A DNA stretch of 64,000 bases, from the NCBI GenBank assembly GCA_964442075.1, contig CAYTWH010000002.1, positions 59,565 to 123,564 on the forward strand, read 5' to 3'. Below, one piece after another: positions 55,189 through 63,813 of the stretch; the stretch's first letter is position 1, and every line of letters starts with the position of its first letter. This DNA is from an uncultured Bacteroidales bacterium (lineage in GTDB: Bacteria; Bacteroidota; Bacteroidia; Bacteroidales; CAYTAU01). Position numbers and translations under genes: made by a program. The notes under the pieces are model-generated. The model did not search any database and was not told where the DNA came from. It saw only the letters and a program-made list of their open reading frames with translations.

Positions 55189-56574
55189 ATGGACAAAGAT
55201 ATTTTTCAAGGATATAAAGATGAAGCTCTTGAAATATTGAAAAAATATAATGCAAGAGTTTGGGGAAAAGTTGAAATAGAATCAACAAGAGGAAGATTTG
55301 ACGGCACTATTCTGCCGCGTGCCGAAAATGATGACGACCAGCATATTGTTCTTAAAATAATTACAGGCTACAATATTGGTGTAGATATCAAAACAATAAC
55401 TTCGATGGTAGAAGTTGATTACAAAAAAGCTAATTACCAGATACCTGAAAAAGAATTTCCATTTACAAAAGGATTGCCTGCCGTAAAACTTTTTGGAACA
55501 GGGGGAACCATTGCATCACGGCTCGATTACAGAACAGGTGCTGTTATTCCTGCTTTCTCACCAGGCGAACTTTATGGAGCAGTGCCAGAATTAGCAGACA
55601 TTTGCAACCTTGATACCGAAAAAGTTTTTGCTGTTTTTAGTGAGAATATGGGACCAATGCAATATATGTCGCTGGCAAAAGCAATAAAAAAAGAAATTGA
55701 AAACGGTATTGACGGAATAGTAATTGGTCATGGAACTGATACTTTACATCATTCAGGTGCAGCTTTAACATTTATGGTGCAAAATTCTCCGGTACCAATA
55801 GTTTTGGTAGGTTCACAACGTTCATCAGACAGACCAAGTTCCGATGCCGCTCTGAATCTTATGCACGCAATGCACACAGCAGGACATTCTGATATTGCAG
55901 AAGTTATGGTTTGCATGTTTGGACCTACTTCCGATGAGTACGGGCTTTTGCATAAAGGAACCAGAGTTAGAAAAATGCACTCATCATATCGTTCAACATT
56001 CAGAACAATTGGAGATATTCCATTAGCAATGGTTGATAGAAAAAAGATAACACCAATTCATAAAGAATATAAAAGAAGACGAAAAGATAAAAATGTTGAT
56101 ATTTATCCTTATTTCAGCGATAAAGTTACAATGTTATATTATTATCCAGGAATGAATCCAGACATACTGAATTCTATAATTGATAATGGTTACAAGGGAA
56201 TTATATGGGTTGGTACAGGATTAGGTCACGTTAATAAAGAATTGTATCCGGCAATTGAACGTGCTCACGCAAAAGGAATTCACATGTTTATGACCTTACA
56301 AACAATTTGGGGATATGTTCACATGTTTGTTTACGATACAGGGCGTGATATGATGGCAAGAGGAATTATCCCTGCCGGCAATATGTTGCCAGAAGTTGCG
56401 TACATTAAACTTGGTTGGGTACTTGGACAAACAGACGATGCCAAAAAAGTTAAGGAAATGATGCTTACGCCAATTAACGATGAAATAACCGAACGCGAAC
56501 CTTACAATGGATATTTAGTCTATCAAGGCGGTGTACCCGAAGTTGAAGACTTTATTAGAAATGTGCATAAGTAA
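55189..56574 (+). CDS. gatD: Glu-tRNA(Gln) amidotransferase subunit D-like (archaeal GatD type)
   Basis: 461 aa. GatD-specific N-domain (VWGKVEIESTRGRFDGTILPRAENDDDQHIVLKIITGYNIGVDI), then an asparaginase core (LFGTGGTIASRLDYRTGAV, VIGHGTDTLHHS). Confidence 0.85.
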   Translation: MDKDIFQGYKDEALEILKKYNARVWGKVEIESTRGRFDGTILPRAENDDDQHIVLKIITGYNIGVDIKTITSMVEVDYKKANYQIPEKEFPFTKGLPAVKLFGTGGTIASRLDYRTGAVIPAFSPGELYGAVPELADICNLDTEKVFAVFSENMGPMQYMSLAKAIKKEIENGIDGIVIGHGTDTLHHSGAALTFMVQNSPVPIVLVGSQRSSDRPSSDAALNLMHAMHTAGHSDIAEVMVCMFGPTSDEYGLLHKGTRVRKMHSSYRSTFRTIGDIPLAMVDRKKITPIHKEYKRRRKDKNVDIYPYFSDKVTMLYYYPGMNPDILNSIIDNGYKGIIWVGTGLGHVNKELYPAIERAHAKGIHMFMTLQTIWGYVHMFVYDTGRDMMARGIIPAGNMLPEVAYIKLGWVLGQTDDAKKVKEMMLTPINDEITEREPYNGYLVYQGGVPEVEDFIRNVHK

Positions 56575-56629
56575 AGAAGTCAAGTAGACCGAAGAATCTT
56601 TCACAATTTTATATATACACTTTCGTGAG

Positions 56630-57110
56630 ATAAGGCAACAAATGCCCCGCACAAGACAATCAGATACGTAAATAAGGCAATGATGAACCATTATAAGCAA
56701 ATGATGAGCCCTCACGGGCAAATTATGGAACCCAACGGACAAATGATGGAAGCAAACGGGCAAATGAATTCCAATTATAAGGCAATGAAGGGCTCCGACA
56801 AGGCACTAAAGGACGTAATCACACTGCTTCGGATGCCTAATACCTCAACCCTAGTGCCCGGTGTCTCGTTTCGGGAGCCTAATGTCTCAACGAGGGTCGT
56901 TAATAACTCAATAGTATTGCATAATAGCTAAATAATCTTACACGGTGGCTCATTAAACTTACACGATGCCCAATCAATCTTGCACGGTGCCCAATTAAAA
57001 TTGTACAATAGATAAACAATAAGGCAATATAACTTAATAAATTGGCGTTATAAGTAAATAAGTGGCATAATAACATGATTTTTGTCGCATAATATATTAC
57101 CCTTGTAGAA
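56630..57110. repeat. Array of about 23 degenerate tandem units with a strict ~21-nt phase
   Basis: Core motifs recur every 20-22 nt. First set: 56634, 56655, 56676, 56696, 56717, 56738, 56759, 56781, 56802 (GGCAA/GACAA/GGCAC). Second set: 56844, 56865, 56886, 56907 (CTCAA/TCTCG). Third set: 56937, 56958, 56979, 57000 (CTTACACGG-like). Fourth set: 57023, 57044, 57064, 57085 (GGCAA/GGCGT/GGCAT/TCGCA). Confidence 0.75.
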
Positions 57111-57129
57111 ACATTAAATATTAAAAACT

Positions 57130-57633
57130 ATGGATAGACCAGAAGAAACAAAGAAAACGGAAAAGATATCAATGAATGACTTAAAAACATTTCTTGATAA
57201 GAAGTTTGCACCAGACCCATTGGCAATAAAACCCAATAAAATGTCAAATAATGAAATGGAAAATTTCTTTAAAACGGAAATAATCCCGGTATATAAAAAA
57301 CTTATGAAACAACTCTCTGCCTATAAATTCGAAAGTGTAAAAATTGATGTATACAGGCGGGTTGCAACACTAAGAATTGCCGATAAACTTTCACTCTTTC
57401 ATTTCAAAGTGGATATTGATAATAGCTCCCGACAATTCAATATTTTATATGACGTAAGTTATCGCATTGCAAAAAAGAAAAAACTTAAACAAATACTAAA
57501 AAGTGATAATGTTAGAATATCATTTCGCGATATAGACACAATAAACGAAGACATGATAATATCTCATTTCTTAAAATGGTATATGAATAAAGACGAAGAG
57601 ATATTAAATGATAAAGAGAGAAATGTAGAATAA
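57130..57633 (+). CDS. Hypothetical protein (167 aa)
   Basis: A clean ORF starting 20 nt after the phased array and followed by a terminator-like hairpin. Lys/Glu-rich, no recognisable motif. Confidence 0.5.
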   Translation: MDRPEETKKTEKISMNDLKTFLDKKFAPDPLAIKPNKMSNNEMENFFKTEIIPVYKKLMKQLSAYKFESVKIDVYRRVATLRIADKLSLFHFKVDIDNSSRQFNILYDVSYRIAKKKKLKQILKSDNVRISFRDIDTINEDMIISHFLKWYMNKDEEILNDKERNVE

Positions 57634-57678
57634 AGTTAAAAATATTTTGTAGTTTTTGCGTGAAAAAAATTTAAAATT

Positions 57679-57705
57679 AAAAGGGGAGTTTTCTCCTTTT
57701 TTTTA
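57679..57705 (+). terminator. Candidate rho-independent terminator
   Basis: AAAAGGGGAG TTTT CTCCTTTTTTTT: GGAG/CTCC core with G-T and A-T extensions and a T-run. Confidence 0.5.
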
Positions 57706-57739
57706 TCTTTGATGAATTATAATAGAAATTGTGTTGTTA

Positions 57740-58551
57740 ATGAATATTGAGCAACTAATAAATGAATTTAAAAATTGTGATTTATCAGAAATCGCACACC
57801 ACAAAATAATTAGAACAATTATAAATAATAATATTCAAATTCCAATAATTGTAGCAACTGTAAAAGAAGGAACAATTATTGAACGAGGTAGAATATCTGA
57901 TGAAGGAAAAATATATAATTCTGAATTTAAGATAAGTTATAATACCGCAATAGGTAAGATACTTAAATATGGACGTGCAAATAAACCCTTTCAATCTATG
58001 TTTTATGGTGCAATGATTTCAAAAAAAATTACACCTGTGCGAACACTATTTGCAGAATTAGTAGAACAATTTCGAAAAATACCAAACAATGACTTCACCA
58101 CAACTATGACAGTTGGACGTTGGATTGTAACTAAAGAATTTGAAATTGCAGATGTATGCTTTAGTAAAATCATCCTAGTACAAATAAAAACACGAAAGAA
58201 TACAAATTATTTGAGGAGTTTCCAGAGCAAGCTCGAAATTTATTATTATTTTTTACTGATGTATTCTCGAAAAAAAATATTGTCAATCACTTTGATTATA
58301 AAGTTAGTTCTGTATACACTGACCTTGTATTAAATGAAAAGTTGGAGGGTATTTACTATCCAAGTGTTCGAACTGAATACAAGGGTAAAAATATTGCCTT
58401 AACACCCTTTGCTGTAGAAAAATATTTAAAGTTAGAAAAAGTTGCTGTATTTAAGTATACGGTAAAAAACGGTCAACCAATGGCAAAACAAACTCATTAT
58501 TCAGATTCTTTTGGAAATTTTAACTCACAATTTAATTGGAAAGAGTATTAA
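57740..58551 (+). pseudogene. RES-domain protein gene interrupted by a frameshift
   Basis: Track ORFs 57731..58333 and 58342..58551 are one gene. The first carries YGRANKPFQSMFYGA (Arg) and LFAELVEQ (Glu). The frame of the second is open from 58168 and carries EGIYYPSVRTEYKGKNIAL (Ser). The frames differ by one nt, with the switch between about 58165 and 58195 (A-runs). Confidence 0.65.
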
Positions 58552-58599
58552 TAAATGATGACAGGAGTTTATAAAAAAAGAACAAACAATGTTTAAAAA

Positions 58600-59130
58600 A
58601 TGATAAAAGAAAAAGCAGATTTTCATAGTATTTTTTTAAAAGAAGGAGATATATTATATACGAATATTTATTCATTAGACAAAGACAAATTTAATAATTG
58701 GGTTGTAAATAATTTTGAAAAAGTAAAAACAATAGCCTCTTATGAAGAAGTTATACCAACCAAAGAAACAATGAACAAAATAATTAAAAAAGGATACGAC
58801 CATAGATCATCTCAATGTCATTATTCCTCAAAAGCTGTGAGTTTAATAGATGAATCTTTTGAATATTGGACAGGATTTGTACACCAACAAGACTTTTTAT
58901 TTAATATCATTACACATAGTTTTAATATATTAGATGGAATACTGGTTGATTTCTCAAAAATTAATGAGAAGTGTGAAATTATTGATAAAGGTAAAGAAGG
59001 TTTTCCTCGTACATATTATGGTATAAAAATTCCAACAGGATTTATAAGAAAATTTGAATATGAAACCTTAAATAATCATTCAATGAAACCTCATCTATTT
59101 GAATGGTACAAAGAAATGAAATCCCACTAA
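58600..59130 (+). CDS. Hypothetical protein with a possible Cys-His-Asp (papain/transglutaminase-like) arrangement
   Basis: 176 aa. SSQCHYSSKAVSLIDE...YWTGFVH...IITHSFNILDGILVDFS resembles a minimal Cys...His...Asp core. This is weak. Confidence 0.45.
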   Translation: MIKEKADFHSIFLKEGDILYTNIYSLDKDKFNNWVVNNFEKVKTIASYEEVIPTKETMNKIIKKGYDHRSSQCHYSSKAVSLIDESFEYWTGFVHQQDFLFNIITHSFNILDGILVDFSKINEKCEIIDKGKEGFPRTYYGIKIPTGFIRKFEYETLNNHSMKPHLFEWYKEMKSH

Positions 59131-59153
59131 GCATATTTTTATTTAACCAACGC

Positions 59154-59311
59154 AAAAAGAACTCAAGCCAAAAATATATTACAGTATTTGCTAATCACCT
59201 TTGCAAGCTTTGCGTGAAAAAAATCTAAAATATAAAATCGTAAATATAAAATCAGCAAACTCCCTTTTTTGTTCATTAAGCTTTATTGTGTAATTTTAGC
59301 GCAATTAAAAA
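59154..59311. repeat. Copy A of a ~150-nt intergenic repeat module
   Basis: Aligns along its length with 61231-61374. Shared blocks: AAAAAGAA, CAAAAATATATTACAGT, TTTGC, CTTTGC.AGCT..GCGTGAAAAAAAT, an AAT-heptamer tract, CCCTTTTT, AGCTTTATT, GTAATTTTAGCGCAATTAAAAA. Confidence 0.8.
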
Positions 59312-59318
59312 TAAACAA

Positions 59319-61232
59319 ATGAAAACATATTTTACAACTATAGTTTTGATTGCCCTGGCAAGCCTAAGCATTAATGCTCAGAATACTTTTGAACGTGTTT
59401 ATGGAGAAAATGATTATGACGAAGGTTTTGGCGCCATATCCTATAATAATGGATATTTTATAGCAGGAAGCATAATGTCTTCAAGTACATCATATGATGG
59501 ATGCTTAATTAAAACAGATTCTCTTGGTATAAAAGAATGGATTTTAAAATTTGGAGGAACCGATACTGATAAGCTCCGTTGTATAGAAAATACAAGTAAC
59601 AACAATATTATTATGTGCGGACAAACAGCATCTGTAGGTGCAGGCAGCGACGATGCATGGATAATAAAAACAGATAGTTTGGGTAATATATTATGGGAAA
59701 AGATTTATGGAGGAACAGGATCTGATATATTATACTGTATAAAAGAAACACCCGATAGTGGTTTTATTGCTGTAGGTGAAACCAAATCATTTGGTCCAAA
59801 TATACCTTCAAATCCTAATATGTATATTATAAGAATGGATATTAATGGAGATACTTTATGGACCAAAGCACTTGACTATGGAGGTGCTGATAAAGATGTT
59901 GCAAGGTCGGTAACAATATTAGCTTCCGGTAGTTTTGTTGTAACAGGCAATAGTAGCAGATGGGAATCAACAAATTTACGTAGAGATTTACGGCTTTCTA
60001 AATTCGATAGTTTTGGTAGCAGTATGTGGAGTCGTACCTATTATTCAACACTTCCTGGAGATTATGAATATGGCTATGCTGTTAAACAAACCTTAGATAC
60101 AGGCTTTGTAGTAGCAGGATATTATTCTTCAATAGGCTGGAATTATGGCGTGTTGCTAAAAACCGACAGCATTGGTAATTATCAGTGGTATTCGCAGGTT
60201 TCCGGGGCTTCTTTTGGAGACGATGCCTATGTGAAAAATATTGATATTACTTCCGATAGTGGTTTTGTAATGACAGGATACATAAGCGATCCTTATGTGC
60301 TTAGTGGAGACCCGCTTGCAATATGGAAATATGATAAAACCGGCTCTCTAGATTGGACTAGAATTTATGGTGGAAGTCAGGCAGATGCCGGAAATTTTAT
60401 CAGTACACAAGATGATAATGGATTTCTGGTTGCGGGTTATACTCAATCAAAAAGCATTTTTGGGTCAAACGATATATATTTAATAAAAACAGACTCTATT
60501 GGTTATGCCGATTTACAAATATGGACATCTTCTGACACCACTATATGTGAAGGCGATACTGCTCAACTTTATGTTAGTTCTAATCATTCTGGTGTTACAT
60601 ATTCATGGTTACCAACAATAACAATTGAATTTTCAGATAGCTCACATACTCAGGCTTTTCCTTTGACAACGCAAACATATTATGTTACTGTTACATCCGG
60701 TATAGATTTTAAAGTTGACAGCATTAATGTTGAAGTTTCTCCAATTCCCCCAACACCAACTATTAACTATATAAACGATACTTTGTTCTCAAGTTCACCA
60801 ATTGACAACCAATGGTATAATCAGAGTGGGGTAATTGTGGGCGCAAATTCATATTATTATAAACCAATAGTTACAGGAGATTACTTTGTTATTGTTACCA
60901 ATACAAATGCTTGTATATCTGATACATCAAATATTATTAATGTGGTTATTTCAAGTATTGAAGAAAACAATAAAAAACTACAAATTCAAATATATCCCAA
61001 CCCCACAACAGGCTTAATTTCAATAAAGGCAGAAGGAATGGAGAGTATAGAAGTAATGAATATTAGTGGTCAAACCATTCTTAAACATTCCCGTGAAAAC
61101 GGGAATCCAGGAATATGGATGCCCGATCAAGCCGGGCATGTTATTAATTTGGCTACACAGCCAAAAGGCATATACATAATAAAAGTTACTACTAACAAAG
61201 GCGTGACTGTACAAAAAATTGTTTTAGAGTAA
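59319..61232 (+). CDS. T9SS-sorted secreted repeat protein (paralogue of 20956..22752)
   Basis: Start at ATG 59319 (MKTYFTTIVLIALASLSINAQ). Repeats of TDSLGN.LWEK.YGG type. C-terminal QIYPNPTTGLISIKA...GIYIIKVTTNKGVTVQKIVLE. Confidence 0.75.
   Translation: MKTYFTTIVLIALASLSINAQNTFERVYGENDYDEGFGAISYNNGYFIAGSIMSSSTSYDGCLIKTDSLGIKEWILKFGGTDTDKLRCIENTSNNNIIMCGQTASVGAGSDDAWIIKTDSLGNILWEKIYGGTGSDILYCIKETPDSGFIAVGETKSFGPNIPSNPNMYIIRMDINGDTLWTKALDYGGADKDVARSVTILASGSFVVTGNSSRWESTNLRRDLRLSKFDSFGSSMWSRTYYSTLPGDYEYGYAVKQTLDTGFVVAGYYSSIGWNYGVLLKTDSIGNYQWYSQVSGASFGDDAYVKNIDITSDSGFVMTGYISDPYVLSGDPLAIWKYDKTGSLDWTRIYGGSQADAGNFISTQDDNGFLVAGYTQSKSIFGSNDIYLIKTDSIGYADLQIWTSSDTTICEGDTAQLYVSSNHSGVTYSWLPTITIEFSDSSHTQAFPLTTQTYYVTVTSGIDFKVDSINVEVSPIPPTPTINYINDTLFSSSPIDNQWYNQSGVIVGANSYYYKPIVTGDYFVIVTNTNACISDTSNIINVVISSIEENNKKLQIQIYPNPTTGLISIKAEGMESIEVMNISGQTILKHSRENGNPGIWMPDQAGHVINLATQPKGIYIIKVTTNKGVTVQKIVLE
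61086..61138. repeat. Twin GC-rich palindromes inside the T9SS sorting domain coding sequence
   Basis: ATTCCCGT GAAA ACGGGAAT (61086-61105, 8-bp stem) and ATGCCCG ATCAAGC CGGGCAT (61118-61138, 7-bp stem). They are translated as SRENGNPGIWMPDQAGH. Confidence 0.7.
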
Positions 61233-61374
61233 AAAGAATCTAAGTCAAAAATATATTACAGTCTTTGCAAATCAACTTTGCGAGCTCGGCGTGAAAAAAA
61301 TTTAAATTGCAAATCAAAAGACTACCCTTTTTGCTTATTCAGCTTTATTAAGTAATTTTAGCGCAATTAAAAAA
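61231..61374. repeat. Copy B of the ~150-nt intergenic repeat module
   Basis: See copy A. It lies between the T9SS gene stop and gpmI. Confidence 0.8.
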
Positions 61375-61430
61375 TTAGAATTTCAACATATAAAAAACAT
61401 TCGCGAATTCGTGGCTAAAAATATAAACAA

Positions 61431-62951
61431 ATGCAAACCAACAAAGCAATACTTATAATTCTTGATGGCTGGGGCATAGGAGATAAGTCGAAATCTGATG
61501 TAATTTATAATGGTGATACACCTAATCTCGATAAGCTTTTTTTAAAATATCCAAACTCGCAATTATTAGCCGGTGGCGAAGATGTAGGATTACCAAATGG
61601 ACAAATGGGAAATTCTGAAGTAGGACATTTGAATATTGGAGCAGGAAGAGTAGTATATCAAGACCTTGTAAAAATCAATAAAGCAGTAGAAGATAATTCA
61701 ATAAGCTCAAATAATACATTAATAAAAGCATTTCAATACGCTAAAGATAAAAACAAACAAGTTCATTTTCTGGGCTTGGTTTCAGATGGCGGAGTTCACT
61801 CTGTAGATAAGCATCTTTATAAACTTTGCGATATAGCAAACGATTTTGGTTTGTCAAAAGTTTTTATTCATGCACTTACCGATGGCAGAGATACTGACCC
61901 ACATAGCGGATTAGGATTTATTGAAAATCTGCAAGAGCATATTAAAAGCAAATCGGCAAAGATAGCTTCTGTATGTGGCAGATTTTATACTATGGACAGA
62001 GATAAACGCTGGGAAAGGATTAAAGTTGGCTACGATCTATTAGTATCGGGTAAAGGTGAAAAATATCAAAATGTAATTGAAGCTGTTAATGCATCGTATA
62101 ATAACGATAAAACAGATGAATTTATTAAACCAATAGTTATTGTTGATGATGCAAATAAACCACTTACGACAATTGAAAAAGACGATGTTGTAATATGTTT
62201 TAATTTTCGTACCGACAGGTTAAGAGAAATCACAACAGTGCTAACTCAAAAAGATATGCCCGAATTTGAAATGAGCAAAATGGATTTGTACTATTGCACT
62301 ATGACAAGATACGACGATTCTTTTAAAAATGTGAATATAATTTACGATAAAGAAAATGTTAAGAAAACCATTGGCGAAATTCTGGAGATCAACAATAAAA
62401 AACAATTAAGAATTGCCGAAACCGAAAAATATTCTCATGTTACATTCTTCTTTTCCGGCGGAAGAGAAAATCCTTTTAAGGGCGAAGAAAGAATTTTAAT
62501 ACCATCGCCAAAGGTTACTACTTACGATTTGCAACCCGAAATGAGTGCATACCTTGTAAAAGATGCAATTATTACAGAAATTAATAAAAACAAATTCGAT
62601 TTTATTTGTCTTAACTTCGCTAATGGCGATATGGTTGGACATACAGGAATTTACGATGCAATATTAAAAGCTGTAAAAACTGTTGACCAATGCGTAAGCG
62701 AAGTTGTTGATGCTGCTCAAAAAAATAATTATACAGTTCTTATAATTGCCGACCATGGTAATGCCGACTATGCAATTAATGATGATGGAAGCCCACATAC
62801 AGCACATTCGCTAAATCCTGTACCATGTTTACTGATATCAGATAAATATAAATCAATAAACTCAGGTACTTTGGCAAATGTTGCACCCACATTGCTTAAA
62901 ATAATGAGTATTGATATTCCCAACGAAATGACAGAAAAAGCCTTAATTTGA
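61431..62951 (+). CDS. gpmI: 2,3-bisphosphoglycerate-independent phosphoglycerate mutase
   Basis: 506 aa with [36 protein letters not shown]. Confidence 0.9.
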   Translation: MQTNKAILIILDGWGIGDKSKSDVIYNGDTPNLDKLFLKYPNSQLLAGGEDVGLPNGQMGNSEVGHLNIGAGRVVYQDLVKINKAVEDNSISSNNTLIKAFQYAKDKNKQVHFLGLVSDGGVHSVDKHLYKLCDIANDFGLSKVFIHALTDGRDTDPHSGLGFIENLQEHIKSKSAKIASVCGRFYTMDRDKRWERIKVGYDLLVSGKGEKYQNVIEAVNASYNNDKTDEFIKPIVIVDDANKPLTTIEKDDVVICFNFRTDRLREITTVLTQKDMPEFEMSKMDLYYCTMTRYDDSFKNVNIIYDKENVKKTIGEILEINNKKQLRIAETEKYSHVTFFFSGGRENPFKGEERILIPSPKVTTYDLQPEMSAYLVKDAIITEINKNKFDFICLNFANGDMVGHTGIYDAILKAVKTVDQCVSEVVDAAQKNNYTVLIIADHGNADYAINDDGSPHTAHSLNPVPCLLISDKYKSINSGTLANVAPTLLKIMSIDIPNEMTEKALI

Positions 62952-63047
62952 ATATAAAGCCCCGTCTGTCGAACGGTTAATCAGTGTTTGATATTCTTTT
63001 TGTAAGTTCAAGCGGATTTTAGAAACTTAGACAATAAGAAAAAATCA

Positions 63048-63076
63048 GTTGCCCCGCCCTGAAAGACGGGGCAACT
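63048..63076. repeat. GC-rich palindrome (REP-like)
   Basis: AGTTGCCCCG (63048-63057) pairs with CGGGGCAACT (63067-63076). In addition, GCCCCGTCT (62959-62967) is the reverse complement of AGACGGGGC (63064-72). Confidence 0.6.
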
Positions 63077-63192
63077 AAAACAGTTGTTGATTTTCTCTGA
63101 AATCAATTAAAACCTGCTTTTTTTATAATCGTTTTAATTAGAAAACATGGATATTTACAAACTTTGTTTAATTTTAATCCCGAATATTCTAT

Positions 63193-63813
63193 ATGAATAA
63201 TTACGAAAAAACAATGCTTCAAATACAAGATACACTTATCAGCCTCAATCTAATTGAAACAAATTTTGTTTGCGATCTTAATTCATGCAAGGGCAATTGT
63301 TGTGTTTATGGCGATTATGGTGCTCCACTCGAAATTGAAGAAATTGAGATCATAGGTAGTATTTTAGATAAAATTGATAAATATTTAACACCTGAAGGCA
63401 AAAAAGCTATTAAACAACAAGGATTAAGAATAAAAGACGATGCCAATGATTATGTTACACCTTTAATTAACGGCAAAGAATGTGCATTTACCTATTTCGA
63501 TAATGGTATTGCAAAATGTGCAATTGAAAAAGCATATCTTAATAATGAAATTTATTTTCAAAAACCTGTTTCGTGCCATTTGTATCCGGTAAGGGTGAAA
63601 AAATACAAAGAATTTACGGCAGTAAACTATCACAAATGGGAAATTTGCGATATGGCATTAGCAACAGGCGAAAAACTTGGTGTGCCAATGTATGTATTTT
63701 TAAAAGATGTGCTGATAAGAAGATTTGGAAAAGACTGGTATGAAGAATTGAAATTAGCTGCAGAAACTTTGTTGGAAGAAAAAAGAAAATCCACAACAGA
63801 TAGCATAGATTAA
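63193..63813 (+). CDS. DUF3109-like Cys-rich protein
   Basis: 206 aa with CDLNSCKGNCCVYGDYGAPLE...CAF...CAIEKAY...SCHLYPVR. The family name is from memory. Confidence 0.65.
   Translation: MNNYEKTMLQIQDTLISLNLIETNFVCDLNSCKGNCCVYGDYGAPLEIEEIEIIGSILDKIDKYLTPEGKKAIKQQGLRIKDDANDYVTPLINGKECAFTYFDNGIAKCAIEKAYLNNEIYFQKPVSCHLYPVRVKKYKEFTAVNYHKWEICDMALATGEKLGVPMYVFLKDVLIRRFGKDWYEELKLAAETLLEEKRKSTTDSID

Noticed and set aside
56515-56931. Track ORFs 56515..56763 (minus) and 56680..56931 (plus) as protein-coding genes
   Set aside because: Both are open only because of the 21-nt (7-codon) repeat structure. The minus ORF also overlaps the gatD 3' end. The phase persists through in-frame stops beyond 56931. 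I therefore report the array as a repeat and leave the coding status of the plus-strand frame unresolved rather than calling a CDS.
56630-57110. CRISPR array
   Set aside because: The units are contiguous with no unique spacers, are only ~21 nt long, and are degenerate with several sub-families. No cas genes are present in the window.
56630-57633. Canonical type III (ToxIN-like) toxin-antitoxin
   Set aside because: The layout (repeat array followed by a ~170-aa ORF) is suggestive. However, known antitoxin repeats are near-identical ~36-nt units separated from the toxin by a terminator. The 167-aa protein also shows no resemblance I can see to ToxN/AbiQ. I keep this only as a hypothesis under the array finding.
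22850-59318. Extended N-terminal starts given by the ORF track (22850, 25894, 29319, 31438, 33512, 34411, 48519, 51245, 57731, 59286; also 3284)
   Set aside because: Several (e.g. 22850, 25894, 31438, 34411, 48519, 57731) begin at non-ATG codons; others (29319, 3284) are ATG. All add non-signal-like residues ahead of an obvious signal peptide or conserved N-terminus. Some overlap the upstream gene, a hairpin or a predicted promoter. Internal ATG starts were preferred.
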